The notes: generated from the sequence alone by a model not told the origin. A stretch of DNA of 39,023 bases from Octopus bimaculoides (GCF_001194135.2 NC_068997.1:12608067-12647089), one strand, 5' to 3'. Positions 23,881 through 36,046 are shown, counted from the stretch's first letter. Numbers and translations: made by a program.

Positions 23881-24210
23881 CTTCTATTTATATATGTTCT
23901 ATATTATACACAGCCTTGTTTTTTTTTATCTCATTAGGAAAAGTAAATCCTTATATTCACACGCTATATGACCTACGTTGTATCCCTTATTCCCATAATC
24001 ATCGAACCTGGAGCTTAACTATGGTCTATCCATAGCACTTACTCAGCATTACCTGAAAACGGTGGGTCTGATTGACACCACTATCACTCATAGCCTATAT
24101 ATATATATGTTTTTTTTTGTCTAGTTATAATGAAAACAATTTTTCATTAATCTGAAGTGTTACTCTATATTTTAGTATATTTTAACATCTTGAACAAGAA
24201 TATTGCTGAC

Positions 24211-24299
24211 AGTCACTTCGAGGTTTCGAAGCTTCGGCTAGTTAAGCCATCATCAGCAGTCTGACGATGACTTAACTAACCGAAACTTCGAAGTCATTA
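24211..24299. ncRNA. Inverted head-to-head pair of minimal type-I hammerhead motifs
   Basis: Plus strand: CAGT-CTGACGA-T-GACTTAACTAACC-GAA-ACTTCGAAGT-C-ATTA (24257-24299). Minus strand: CTGATGA-T-GGCT-TAACT-AGCC-GAAGCTTC-GAA-ACCTCGAAGT-G-ACT (24256-24211). The 32-bp arms have 4 mismatches. Confidence 0.65.
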
Positions 24300-24318
24300 T
24301 CAACAATATTCTTGTTTA

Positions 24319-24353
<35 letters not shown>

Positions 24354-25239
24354 GCAATGCCTAAAGATATGTACATATGTGCATGTTTATCCACACACAT
24401 GCACACACACATATGCATATCTATATATTTGCCTGTATATATATATATATATTTATATATATAAGTGTGTGTGTGGAGGAGGTGTCTGTGCGTATATATA
24501 CACGCGTGTTTGCTTTGCCAACGGTTTTTCACTTTTAAACACACTGAGAGGGAGTTATTTTCCTCTAATTGCAAGGAGAATCTCAGTTAATTAAATTTTT
24601 TCGAAATCATTCATATTCCTATGTTTGCCCGAGTATGCGTGTGCATGTGAATATGTGCGTACGTGAGAGTGTGTGCATGTGAGTGTGTTCAAACTTCAAC
24701 GATTTATTAGGCCAGACTTCAATATAGAACACAATAGCTTACATAGAAAACAAGCAAAGCCAAAGACAATATCAGCCGTTCAAATTCTTACATAGATGTT
24801 TTTGTTTCCTAGATTGGTTCCAACACCAATCTCTTCATCAAAGAATCATTTTTTATTTTGCGAAGAGATACTTGATAAAGTCCGCGTATAAACGCCTAGC
24901 CACAATATAAGGAGATACAAAAAATATATTAAAGGAGTGAATCCAATAACTTGCAATACTTAATTATATATTCATCCAAAACTAAAGGAAATATAATTAA
25001 AATATTTATAAAATACGTATGTTTAACTTATAACAAGCTGACCTAAAAAAAAAAAAATCATTAATTCGTTGCACGCTCATTCAAAACTGCGTTCACTTTT
25101 GCTATATTAAAAGTTAACCATCCGTACCTTTATTTAAATAAAAATTTAAGATATATATGTATGTATGTATCTCAATATATCTTAATAACCACATAACTTG
25201 TTTCAGAAACAAAGATACCTATGTCAGATTTCGAGCTAT

Positions 25240-25290
<51 letters not shown>

Positions 25291-25358
25291 CACACGTGTG
25301 TGTGTATGTATACTTGTATGTAGATATACATATTTACATATATATGCATGTGTGGGTG

Positions 25359-25403
<45 letters not shown>

Positions 25404-25404
25404 A

Positions 25405-25435
<31 letters not shown>

Positions 25436-25445
25436 NNNNNNNNNN

Positions 25446-25477
<32 letters not shown>

Positions 25478-25744
25478 ATGTATGTATGTATGTATGTATG
25501 TATGTATGTGTGTATGTATGTATGTATGTACTGGCAGCCTATCCGTGTTTATTAATACATAAAATATATATAATCACACAAATTCACTATAATTTTGGAA
25601 AAAATTACCTTAAAAGGATGCTGGCAATTTTCAGTTGGTTCCAAAATGTTGATTTATCTAGAATTTACTGCATCCAAGTAATTCAGAAAATGGCTCAAAA
25701 TTAAGCTTCGTAAAAAGGCTTAAAATAATAAGCAAATAAATTAC

Positions 25745-25965
25745 TTTAGAAGCTCGCTTAGCAACCTCTTGATTTCGGGTTCAATTCCATTGCACGGCAC
25801 TGTGGTAAGTGCTTTCAATCATGGACTTGGACCGAGTGGATTTGGTTGACAAATGCTGTGTGAAAATCCTAGTAGTTTGGGCGTTGCACTCACGATTGCG
25901 AGACAGTGAGTTCGATTCTCGGACCGAATTGTGTGTGTTGGGCTCTTGAGCAAAATACTTGTTCA
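25745..25965 (+). mobile_element. Two adjacent old SINE heads (family B-like, then family D-like)
   Basis: B-box-like cgggttcaattcc (25777) followed by gagtggatttggttgac, then a second B-box-like gagttcgattctc (25909) followed by cttgagcaaaatactt. Confidence 0.55.
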
Positions 25966-27395
25966 AATATGCTTGTGGCACGTTCGAACCCGTAAGCGAG
26001 CCATTCACTGTGTTTTGTCTTGGAGAAGATTTCTCGCAGCAGACAAATAGTGTAAATACACCTAAATAAACTCGCAGTGTCACCTACCCACGCAGTGAGA
26101 TGCTAGCATTTTACAGTGGTTATCTCCTCCTCAGCGACAGAAACAGAAGAGGGTGCGTGCGAGCTGCATCTGTAACTTATAAGTTAGTTTCTAGTGTCAT
26201 CTTTAGTTGTATTTGTCCACAAATGGCGGTGGGGCACAATAAAATGTTTAGTCGTCATTGTATCATGAATCAAGGAAGGAATAAATACTTGCAAAGTAAA
26301 AATTTGAAGGAGTATCTGCTCACCACTTCTCAGTTCAACTAAAAAAAACAGACGATAACAAAACATGACTAGACTTGATTCTGGTAAACTTCATAAGTTC
26401 TTCGTCACGTGGCTGCTTTGTTTTTAATTTATACTATTGCTTTTCTATCTTCTCATTTATTCATTTGTCTTAATTTATAACAATTTTCATTTAATGAGAC
26501 GTCAAAGAAACCAGCAGAAAAAGTAGCTTAGTGGAAACGCGAAAGTGAAACACTTTCTGCTCTGTATACCGAAGAAAAAAAAATTGCGAGAATTTTAAAT
26601 GAATTAATAAAGATCAAAGAGACACCCTGCTATACAAATGTGTTAATTTGCATCTATTAAACAGATACAAATAGATTTAAGTTCTTTACTTAGTATTTTG
26701 CATTTTAAGTCTAATCTTACCTTTAAGGAGTTACACCTGCATGAAATAGACAGCAGACATATAAAGAGGATATCTTGGACAATATCTTAGATGACGCTTG
26801 TAAAATATGCGTTTGCATGCTTACTAGCGTTATCCATCGTTAGTTTGGTACTAAGTTTATTTTACAGTATTTGTTTTATATATAAATATATATATATATA
26901 TAATGGAAAGAAACGACATTATATTTCATTATAATGTTGTGATGAGTGTGCGCGTGTATATATATACATATACATACATATAGATATGTGTCTGTGTGTG
27001 TCTACGTGTGTGTATGTGTGTATGCATATGTGTGTGTGTGTGTGTGGAGCTTAATCCAGATACGTTTTTTCTCTCTCCGTTTTTCCCCCCTCCATGTGTT
27101 TTTCCTCATTTCTTTCTGTAGAANNNNNNNNNNATATATATACATACATACATATATTACATGTATATACATACATACATAATATATATACAGGTATGTC
27201 ATATTTTCCGTTTGTTGTCTTTTTATTTTATTCTGAAAAAATATATACATACATATACATACATATAGATATGTGTCTGTGTGTGTCTACGTGTGTGTAT
27301 GTGTGTATGCATATGTGTGTGTGTGTGTGTGGAGCTTAATCCAGATACGTTTTTTCTCTCTCCGTTTTTCCCCCCTCCATGTGTTTTTCCTCATT

Positions 27396-27490
27396 TCTTT
27401 CTGTAGAAGAGCGTAGGATCGAAACGTCAAAGACTACCATTTCTCCTGAGCGTCAAACTAATACACCATGTTCCCTCACCTGTCTTCTGT
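27396..27490 (+). ncRNA. Hammerhead-like motif (27396-27433) with probable Penelope pLTR sequence downstream
   Basis: Helix I TCTTT/AAAGA, core CTGTAGA (A6>U), A-GAG-cgtagg-ATC, GAA, palindrome ACGT, C17 (GUC). Confidence 0.45.
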
Positions 27491-27696
27491 CTCATATATT
27501 TGCATGTAGTAGCCCCTTCTCGTTGGGCCTTGTTCAAAAGTTCTGAATTTCTCTGAAAGAGAGAAATATGATAAAAGACGAAAGATTTTAGATTGGTAGC
27601 CATAGCGACTTTCGACTGTTGACCAATTCCTCATCGAATCTGCAAAGTAATCACTGATTGAGAATTGCTTCCATCTCAAGAACACATTCCTGCTTC

Positions 27697-27704
27697 TGTT
27701 TGCC

Positions 27705-27751
<47 letters not shown>

Positions 27752-27852
27752 GTCTCTCTCTCTCTGTCTCTCTCTCTTTCTATCTCTCTGTTTGTCCGTC
27801 TGTCTATATATCCCTCTGTCTGTCTGTTTGTCAGTCTATCTCTGTCATTGTG

Positions 27853-27915
<63 letters not shown>

Positions 27916-27917
27916 TT
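27697..27917. repeat. Compound (TCTG)n/(TC)n/(TCTA)n microsatellite
   Basis: Direct reading. Confidence 0.95.
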
Positions 27918-28709
27918 GCCTACATTAACTCATTCTCTCTTCATCACACCGATTTGTTTCTAGCATTCACATGCACGCATGCATGGACGCATAAATAAAT
28001 ACACATCTACATCTACATGTTTATGTGTATTTATGTCTGCATATACGACTTTATTTCTTGTTTGCTTCCTTTCTTTCTGTTTTCTTCCTTACTTTCGTTC
28101 TTCCATTCCCTCCTTCTTTCACTTATCCTTTTCTTCAGTGGCATTATTTCACCAAACCTAATGTATGGTCGCACCATATTTTTTTTTGGTTTAACCCCAC
28201 CTATCTCTCTAACTCGTTTTACCGCTCACTCCCCCTTTCAATGATAAAATATCTGAACAAAAGCACTCCCCACCACACACACACACACACACACGCACGC
28301 AGATGCATATACACACATACACACTACACACACACACACGCGTACAAACATAAAAAAGTAAAGAAAAACTGGCAAAAGAAAATTATACAAAACGTTAGAC
28401 ATATCACCTGATAGATACACATAGTTATAGTGCACAGGATATAACCATGCAAAAGCAAACAAATACAAACAACTATAATTATATACATGCATTATATATA
28501 TCTATATATATATGTATATATATTTATATGTATGTATGCATTTATATTTATGTATATTGATGCATACATATTGGTATATCAGTAATAATAGAGTTTGTCA
28601 CAATCATTGGAATATATTGTGGATAAAGTGTTGATAACAATTCCAATAAAACCTGATTGTTATTGTGCTTTTTCAATGAATAGAACTCATAGAAATAAGA
28701 TACAAACAT

Positions 28710-28711
<2 letters not shown>

Positions 28712-28803
<92 letters not shown>

Positions 28804-29124
28804 ACACACACTCACACACACATGTATGTATATATATGTGTGTATATATATATATGTATATATATACGTATATTTATGTAATTATATATATATGTATATA
28901 TGCAATTATATATATATATATATATGTGTGTATGTGTGTCTGTGTGTTTGTGTGTGTGTGTGTGTGTGTATAGATGCTGTATGTATACAGATACACATCC
29001 GTATATTTAGATAAGAAGTATAATCACTAAATACATGTAATTCTATTACGTTTTTATTCAAACGTATCTCATTCATGAACAGCTTTACTCTCATTTCCGA
29101 TTATGCTTTCACGATGGAGTACGT

Positions 29125-29172
<48 letters not shown>

Positions 29173-29288
29173 ATTTATATACATATATACATGCCGATAT
29201 ACATACATAAATGTACACATCCGCACGCGTACGTATGAGAGTATATATTTCTCGAAACACAAATTGTACAAGTATGCACAATATATAC

Positions 29289-29352
<64 letters not shown>

Positions 29353-30153
29353 TCACACACGCACACACGCACACAGAGGTAAATATATATATATGTGTGT
29401 ATGTATATATATGCGTATATATGTGTGAGTGTTTATAGAAAGTTTTTCATCTATATTATGAATAAGTTTGAAATTGTCGGTGTGTTTTCAAATAATGAAT
29501 AAAAATAAATATAATAATCATACGTAAAATACATAATTGTATTCACGTCTTCAACATCCGTCATTGTAAACCGTAATATACAGGCGTACATACATACATA
29601 CATACATACATACATACTCATGCATCAGTATGCACCACATACATGTGCTGACATGAAGGAACGCACACATATCCACGTGCAAACATGTACGTACGTATGC
29701 GAATCCAAACACACACACACACACAGACACACACACACGTGCACACGCACATAGAAATATTTATATACACATTTATTATACTTCCTATTCATTACACGTC
29801 AATACGTACACAGTTGTATACTATACATATGGATGTATATGTCGCAGTGTTTATGATATAAACATACATGGACACATATATATTTATTCCGACGTTTAGA
29901 AAATAAATGTGTGATATGAATACATACAAGCACACACACACGCACATACACGCACACACATTTGCACACACGTGTGCACACACGTGTGCACACTTACGTA
30001 AAATGAGACTAGGAGAAATTCGAAATATATATCTCCACGGAAGTGAAATGTTATAGTACATACTTCACACACACACACACACACACACGCACACACACAC
30101 ACACACACCCACACACAAACACACACACACGCACATATATATATTCGTACACA

Positions 30154-30247
<94 letters not shown>

Positions 30248-30286
30248 ACTTTCCATCTATATATCAGTCTGTCTGTCCCTCTGTCT

Positions 30287-30340
<54 letters not shown>

Positions 30341-30362
30341 TACACACACATACATACATACA

Positions 30363-30396
<34 letters not shown>

Positions 30397-30399
30397 CAT

Positions 30400-30430
<31 letters not shown>

Positions 30431-30439
30431 CACACACAC

Positions 30440-30474
<35 letters not shown>

Positions 30475-30644
30475 TATATATACATATGTAACAGATATGC
30501 GCTCATACACACTCAGAAAATTTCGAGCTCGTTCATACACACTTACCTGCACTATCCAGAAATGAGATATATAAACACACCGGCACAGATACATATACAT
30601 ACATCCACAATCTTCGTACACAATCTTCGTACACATCCGCCAGC

Positions 30645-30720
<76 letters not shown>
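28712..30720. repeat. Dense field of (CA)n, (TA)n, (TCTA)n, (CATA)n and (TC)n microsatellites
   Basis: Direct reading. Source of many HT/YI/VC dipeptide ORFs. Confidence 0.9.
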
Positions 30721-30727
<7 letters not shown>

Positions 30728-30899
30728 TCCCGTAGGACAGGAAAATGTCAGGTTTCTGTGTATATGTGTAAAGTATTATAAAAAGCCAAAACTGACCCTT
30801 TCAATAGGGGGTACAAATTTATCGATCGTTGGATCGCTGGTTCGTATTTGTCGATAGACTCTCAATATGCTTCCGGCAAGAGTTCTTACCTATAAAGGG

Positions 30900-31082
30900 A
30901 TCACCACTACCACCACCACCACCATCGTTGCTGCCGTTACCGTCTTCTTCTTCTTCTTCTTCTTCTTCTTCTTCTTCTTCTTCTTCTTCTTCTTCATGAT
31001 GACGATGATAATCATCATGATCATCGTCATCATGAACATCATGATCATCATCGTCATCATCATCATCATCATTATTATTATC
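30900..31082. repeat. Compound trinucleotide repeat (CAC)/(TTC)n/(ATC)n
   Basis: Direct reading. Confidence 0.9.
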
Positions 31083-31434
31083 CTTTCAATTATTCTTTCA
31101 ATTTTGTTTCCATTTCTTGCCGAGTGTCTTCCCGATACCTAGAGCGAGCGAAGAAACTCACTGTATACATTGGCAGACCGTTAACATAAACACACCAGAT
31201 TGTTCATTTACAAGAAACATGTGATAGAAAAAATAAAGGGGAGGAAAGAAAGAAAAAGGAAAGAAAAAACAGGAAAAAAGAAAACAAAGGAAGATAAAAG
31301 GCCCCCCCCCCCAAAAAAAAAGAAAAGAAACAAAATTCACAGCGACAATGCTCTCCTCAGTACGTGTGATGTGCCATTTAAGACAATCTTCTTGCAGGGA
31401 TAGTAAACCAGCGATCATCCTCAAATCATTTTCA

Positions 31435-31469
<35 letters not shown>

Positions 31470-31591
31470 TATCATTCCAAGTGCTCCTACAATTATTGGT
31501 ACCGAAACCGTCTTGAGATGTCAAATGTTTTTTCGATTTCAATCAGCAAATCTTTATATTTTCCGAGTTCATCAAATTCTGTTGCGGAGAT

Positions 31592-31601
31592 GATTATTAT
31601 T

Positions 31602-31674
<73 letters not shown>

Positions 31675-31928
31675 GTATCATTATTATTATTACCACTAAC
31701 GCCACCACCACTATCATCATTACCGTCGTCTTCAAAACTATAGATGTTATCCCTATCTTTACCACCACCACCTCCACCACCATCGCTGTCGTCGTCATCA
31801 TCATCATCGTCGTCATCGACATCATCGTCATCATCATCATCGTCATCATCATCGTCGACGCCATCATTATCATCATCATCATCGTCATCGTCATCGTCAT
31901 CGTCGTTATCGTCATCATCATCATCATC
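31592..31928. repeat. Compound trinucleotide repeat (ATC)n/(ATT)n/(CAC)/(GTC)
   Basis: Direct reading. Source of the poly-Ile/Met/Ser ORFs. Confidence 0.9.
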
Positions 31929-32539
31929 TATTTCAGTGATATAACTTCTGCATGCATATTTGTTTTTAGAATCTTTTGTTTAAATCTATTCCTTTCTTTC
32001 TTTTTTTTTTTGGTTTTAAATGTTATGAGCTATTCTAATATTTGTTGCTTCATCGGCAATTTTCTTATAATGGTAATGCCATAATTAAGTTTCGTTAACA
32101 TTAGGCATATATTTTTAGTTAATTCGGAATTAAAAACAAAAACAACAACAACCACAACAACAACAATAAGAAAAAATGCTGCTGTTTTCGATTCCTGGAG
32201 AAATTTAATAATTAGGAAGAGGAAAAGAAATGATTTAACTAAAAAGAACGATAACTAGATGGAGAGATTCCTTAATTAACTAACACTAAGAATTTGGCTA
32301 AACACATGCAGAGAATCCAATTAACCATTGCTTCGGGTCTGGAATTGGTTTAGCAATATATATGATTGCAATTTTGCATTTGTGGATGCTATAATAAAAT
32401 CATTGTGTTGCACTTGGTTGTTGAAGGTCACACAGCATTGATTCTTTACTTTGGAACCCGTCCCTTGACTTGTATAAATCAAGGTGATAGGATACGAAAC
32501 CAGGTAATAATATTTATTAAGGCGGCTATCAATAATATT

Positions 32540-32760
32540 AAGGCGGCGAGCTGGCAGAAACGTTAGCACGCCAGGCAAAATGCTTAGCGGTATTTCGTCT
32601 GTCGTTAGGTTCTGAGATCAAATTTCGCCGAGGTCGACTTTGCCTTTCATCCTTTCGGGGTCGATAAATTAAGTAGCAGTTGCGTACTGAGGTCGATCTA
32701 ATCGACTGGCCCTCTCCTCCAAAATTTCGGGCCTTGTGCCTAGAGTAGGAAAGAATATTT
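32540..32760 (+). mobile_element. SINE family A, full length, young (array copy 1)
   Basis: aaggcggcgagctggcagaaacgttagcacgcc...gggccttgtgcctagagtaggaaagaatattt. Confidence 0.9.
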
Positions 32761-32763
32761 ATG

Positions 32764-32990
32764 AAGGCGAAAACGGCGAGTGTGCAGAACCCTTAGGCCG
32801 GGCGAAATGCTTAGTGGTATTTCGTCTGTCTTTACGTTCTGAGTTCAAATTCCACCGAAGTTGACTTTGCCTTTCATCCTTTCGTGTTCGATAAATTAAG
32901 TAGCAATTGCGTAGTGGGGTCGGTCTAGTCTACTGACCCCCTTACCCCAAAATTTCGGGCCTTGTCCCTAGAGCAGAAAAGAATATTTTT
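32764..32990 (+). mobile_element. SINE family A (array copy 2)
   Basis: aaggcgaaaacggcgag...gagttcaaattcc...gggccttgtccctagagcagaaaagaatatttt. Confidence 0.9.
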
Positions 32991-33012
32991 GAAGGCGGTT
33001 ATTAATAATATT

Positions 33013-33146
33013 AAGGCGCCGAGCTGGCAGAATCGTTATCGCGCCGGGCAAAATAATGTTTGGTAACATTTCGTCCGTCTTTATGTTCTGAGTTCAAATT
33101 CAGCGAGAGTTGACTTTATCTTTCGTCCTTTAGGGGTCAATAAAAT
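33013..33146 (+). mobile_element. SINE family A, 3'-truncated (array copy 3)
   Basis: aaggcgccgagctggcagaatcgtt...gagttcaaattc...cctttaggggtcaataaaatt. Confidence 0.85.
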
Positions 33147-33247
33147 TCATTTATTTCTCTTACTCGCGATTGCTTAGATACGGAAAAAAGGGACCACCAC
33201 GACGCTATTTATGAATGGAAGTTCTTAATGATATATGAAAAATCCAA

Positions 33248-33440
33248 AAGGTGTTGAGCCGGCAGAATCGTTAGCAAGCGGGGTGAAAAGTTTCGCGGTA
33301 TATCGTCCGTCATTAGCGCTCTGAGTTCAAATCGCGCAGGGGTCGACTTTGCCTTTCAGTCTTTCGGAGTCGATAAAATATATACCAGATGAGCACTGGA
33401 ATCGAAATTGCTGGCCCTGTGTCGAAATACTAAACGAAAC
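33248..33440 (+). mobile_element. SINE family A, older copy (array copy 4)
   Basis: gagccggcagaatcgttagc...gagttcaaatcgc...ggtcgactttgcctttcagtctttcggagtcgataaa...ggccctgtgtcg. Confidence 0.8.
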
Positions 33441-33659
33441 GAATATATGAACAATCCATTAAAGATTTTAAGTTTCTCCTCAGAACGTTTTATGGTTTAG
33501 TAACAGATCTTACGGATCCCTGTTACTAATCGAAGGTGTTAGCATCGGATGAGAAGTGAATTACTTCTGTATGACGATAGAAAGATGGTAGCAAATGCGA
33601 TTACGTGTTGAACTTCACCAACTAAGACCCTGGATTCTCTAAAAATCTATGCTACTAAC

Positions 33660-33696
<37 letters not shown>

Positions 33697-33806
33697 ACTA
33701 GCTAGCTAGATACCTGTCTGTTTGTTTTTCTACTACTTACCCACCTACCTACCTACCTACCTACCTACCTAACTGCCTAACGAGCTCTATGTACCCACAC
33801 ACACTT

Positions 33807-33851
<45 letters not shown>

Positions 33852-34590
33852 ATCACACACACATGCACACACATATGCTGGCAGAAATGAAAGGATTCTG
33901 AAATTCTTCCTACTTTTGTCCTCATACGATACGTAGATACTAATTGATTTCAAGTTTTGATAAGAGAAAAACCAATTTGAAGTAAAACTGAAAAAAATCC
34001 TTCAAAACAAAAAGCGATGACAGAAACGCGTCGAACCATTTTAGTTATCTATGTATATATGTGTACACACNNNNNNNNNNNNNNNNNNNNNNNNNNNNNN
34101 NNNNNNNNNNNNNNNNNNNNNNNNNNNNNNNNNNNNNNNNNNNNNNNNNNNNNNNNNNNNNNNNNNNNNNNNNNNNNNNNNNNNNNNNNNNNNNNNNNNN
34201 NNNNNNNNNNNNNNNNNNNNNNNNNNNNNNNNNNNNNNNNNNNNNNNNNNNNNNNNNNNNNNNNNNNNNNNNNNNNNNNNNNNNNNNNNNNNNNNNNNNN
34301 NNNNNNNNNNNNNNNNNNNNNNNNNNNNNNNNNNNNNNNNNNNNNNNNNNNNNNNNNNNNNNNNNNNNNNNNNNNNNNNNNNNNNNNNNNNNNNNNNNNN
34401 NNNNNNNNNNNNNNNNNNNNNNNNNNNNNNNNNNNNNNNNNNNNNNNNNNNNNNNNNNNNNNNNNNNNNNNNNNNNNNNNNNNNNNNNNNNNNNNNNNNN
34501 NNNNNNNNNNNNNNNNNNNNNNNNNNNNNNNNNNNNNNNNNNNNNNNNNNNNNNNNNNNNNNNNNNNNNNNNNNNNNNNNNNNNNNNNNN

Positions 34591-34629
<39 letters not shown>

Positions 34630-34718
34630 GCATATATATATACATATATAAATATGTGCATATAAGTATATGTTCATATCTATCTATCTATCTATCTATC
34701 ATATATCTATCTATATAT

Positions 34719-35723
34719 GTACAAAGTGATGGAAATCTCGATACAGAAATACATCTGCGAATTCAAAGGGCAGCAAAAGCGTTTGGTGCCTTGGAGTCAC
34801 GCGTTTGGAGCCAGCGGCATTTAAATAACAATATAAAGCTGGCTCCTTACAGATCATTTGTCTTACCATCCCTGTTGTATTCTTGTGAAACATGGACTTG
34901 CTATGAAAGGCGTTTTAAATTGTTAGGACAATTCCTTCAAAAATGCCTTCATCGCATTTTAAACATTAAATGGAGTACTTTTACTCCAAACACAGATGTC
35001 CTTGCATCTACAGGTATCATCTCAGTTAAAGCTATGATTCTGAGAAACCAAATAAAATGGTGTGGCCATATCGTTCGAATAGCGGATGAACGCATGCTCA
35101 AACAGATATTTTATGGTGAGCTTACAGAAGGGAAACGCGATCGACGTAAATATAAAAAAAGGGTTTAAGGACGGCGTAAAGACTACCATGAAATCACTTG
35201 GAATGGATCTAGAGGACATAGAACCCTTGCTTGGGATCGAGTTGGATGGCGAACAAAGGTGTGGAGTGGAGTGAAAGCATTTGAAGAGGCCAGAATAACG
35301 CATGCAAGACTCAAAAGAGATTCAAGGAAGAATGTTACGATTGAGAAAGTAAATGACAATGACCTCTTTGTGTGCACAGTGTGTGACAGACCATGCCTTT
35401 CTTTTGCTTTGTTCAAATCTCATTTGCGAACCCATGGAAAACGAACCTCCACCAACTATTCTTCCTATATGTCTGTGAACCCCTTTGAATGCGGTGTATG
35501 CCACAAGCTTTGCAAATCTAACTGAGGCTTCAAAAGACATTCTAAGATCCACAAAGATAAGAAATTATCTGCAGCTCTTGGTGGTCCAAATCGGATGTGT
35601 AACCTATGTGGGTATCTTTTCAGAACATTGTCTGGTTTAAAAAGCCACATCAGATGCCATGATGGTGCTAAGGTGTAGGTACAGGAGGTGGTCAAACACT
35701 GCGCAGGAAGTAGACAACCACAG
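34719..35723 (+). mobile_element. RTE-clade non-LTR retrotransposon (LINE), 5'-truncated: RT C-terminal region plus three C2H2 zinc fingers
   Basis: Translation DTEIHLRIQRAAKAFGALESRVW...LPSLLYSCETWTCY...LHRILNIKW...IKWCGHIVRIADERMLKQIFYGELTEGKR is typical of RTE/BovB-like ORFs. After two frameshifts: FKDGVKTTMK...LAWDRVGWRTKVWSGVKAFEEAR, then the zinc fingers, with a stop at 35676-35678. Confidence 0.9.
35373..35660 (+). pseudogene. Three C-x2-C-x12-H-x3-H zinc fingers in one frame (in-frame TGA inside finger 2)
   Basis: CTVCDRPCLSFALFKSHLRTH (35373-35435); CGVCHKLCKSN*GFKRHSKIH (35490-35552); CNLCGYLFRTLSGLKSHIRCH (35598-35660). Confidence 0.85.
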
Positions 35724-35880
35724 TATATATATATATATNNNNNNNNNNNNNNNNNNNNNNNNNNNNNNNNNNNNNNNNNNNNNNNNNNNNNNNNNNNNNN
35801 NNNNNNNNNNNNNNNNNNNNNNNNNNNNNNNNNNNNNNNNNNNNNNNNNNNGTGTGTGTGTATATGTATATGTACATGTA

Positions 35881-35915
<35 letters not shown>

Positions 35916-35968
35916 TTATCTATCTATCTATCTAAGTTTATATTTATCAATATGCGTGTGTGTGTGTA

Positions 35969-36041
35969 TACTGTGGGGTGGAGTACTGAAAAGTTTCTGG
36001 CTTTGGGTAAAAGAAAGTACAGAAGGATTAGTTAAATATGA
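35969..36041 (+). mobile_element. Possible mariner-type terminal (TIR) fragment
   Basis: TA-ctgtggggtggagtactgaaaagtttctggctttgggtaaaag resembles GGG...CTGAAAAGT mariner ends (recalled). No partner TIR was found. Confidence 0.3.
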
Positions 36042-36046
36042 GGGGA

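Noticed and set aside
26960-27408. ~160-bp near-exact direct duplication (26960-27123 versus 27243-27408)
   Set aside because: The first copy ends at a 10-N gap and includes microsatellite flank, so it is most likely an unmerged contig overlap or haplotype artefact rather than tandem pLTRs.
1707-33440. tRNA-like A/B boxes as tRNA genes
   Set aside because: They are SINE heads: no complete cloverleaf, and each continues into a repeated SINE body.
33987-34040. CTGAAAA...GAA-ACGCGT-C-GAACC hammerhead-like string
   Set aside because: The palindrome and GUC are present, but the core and helices I and II cannot be formed.
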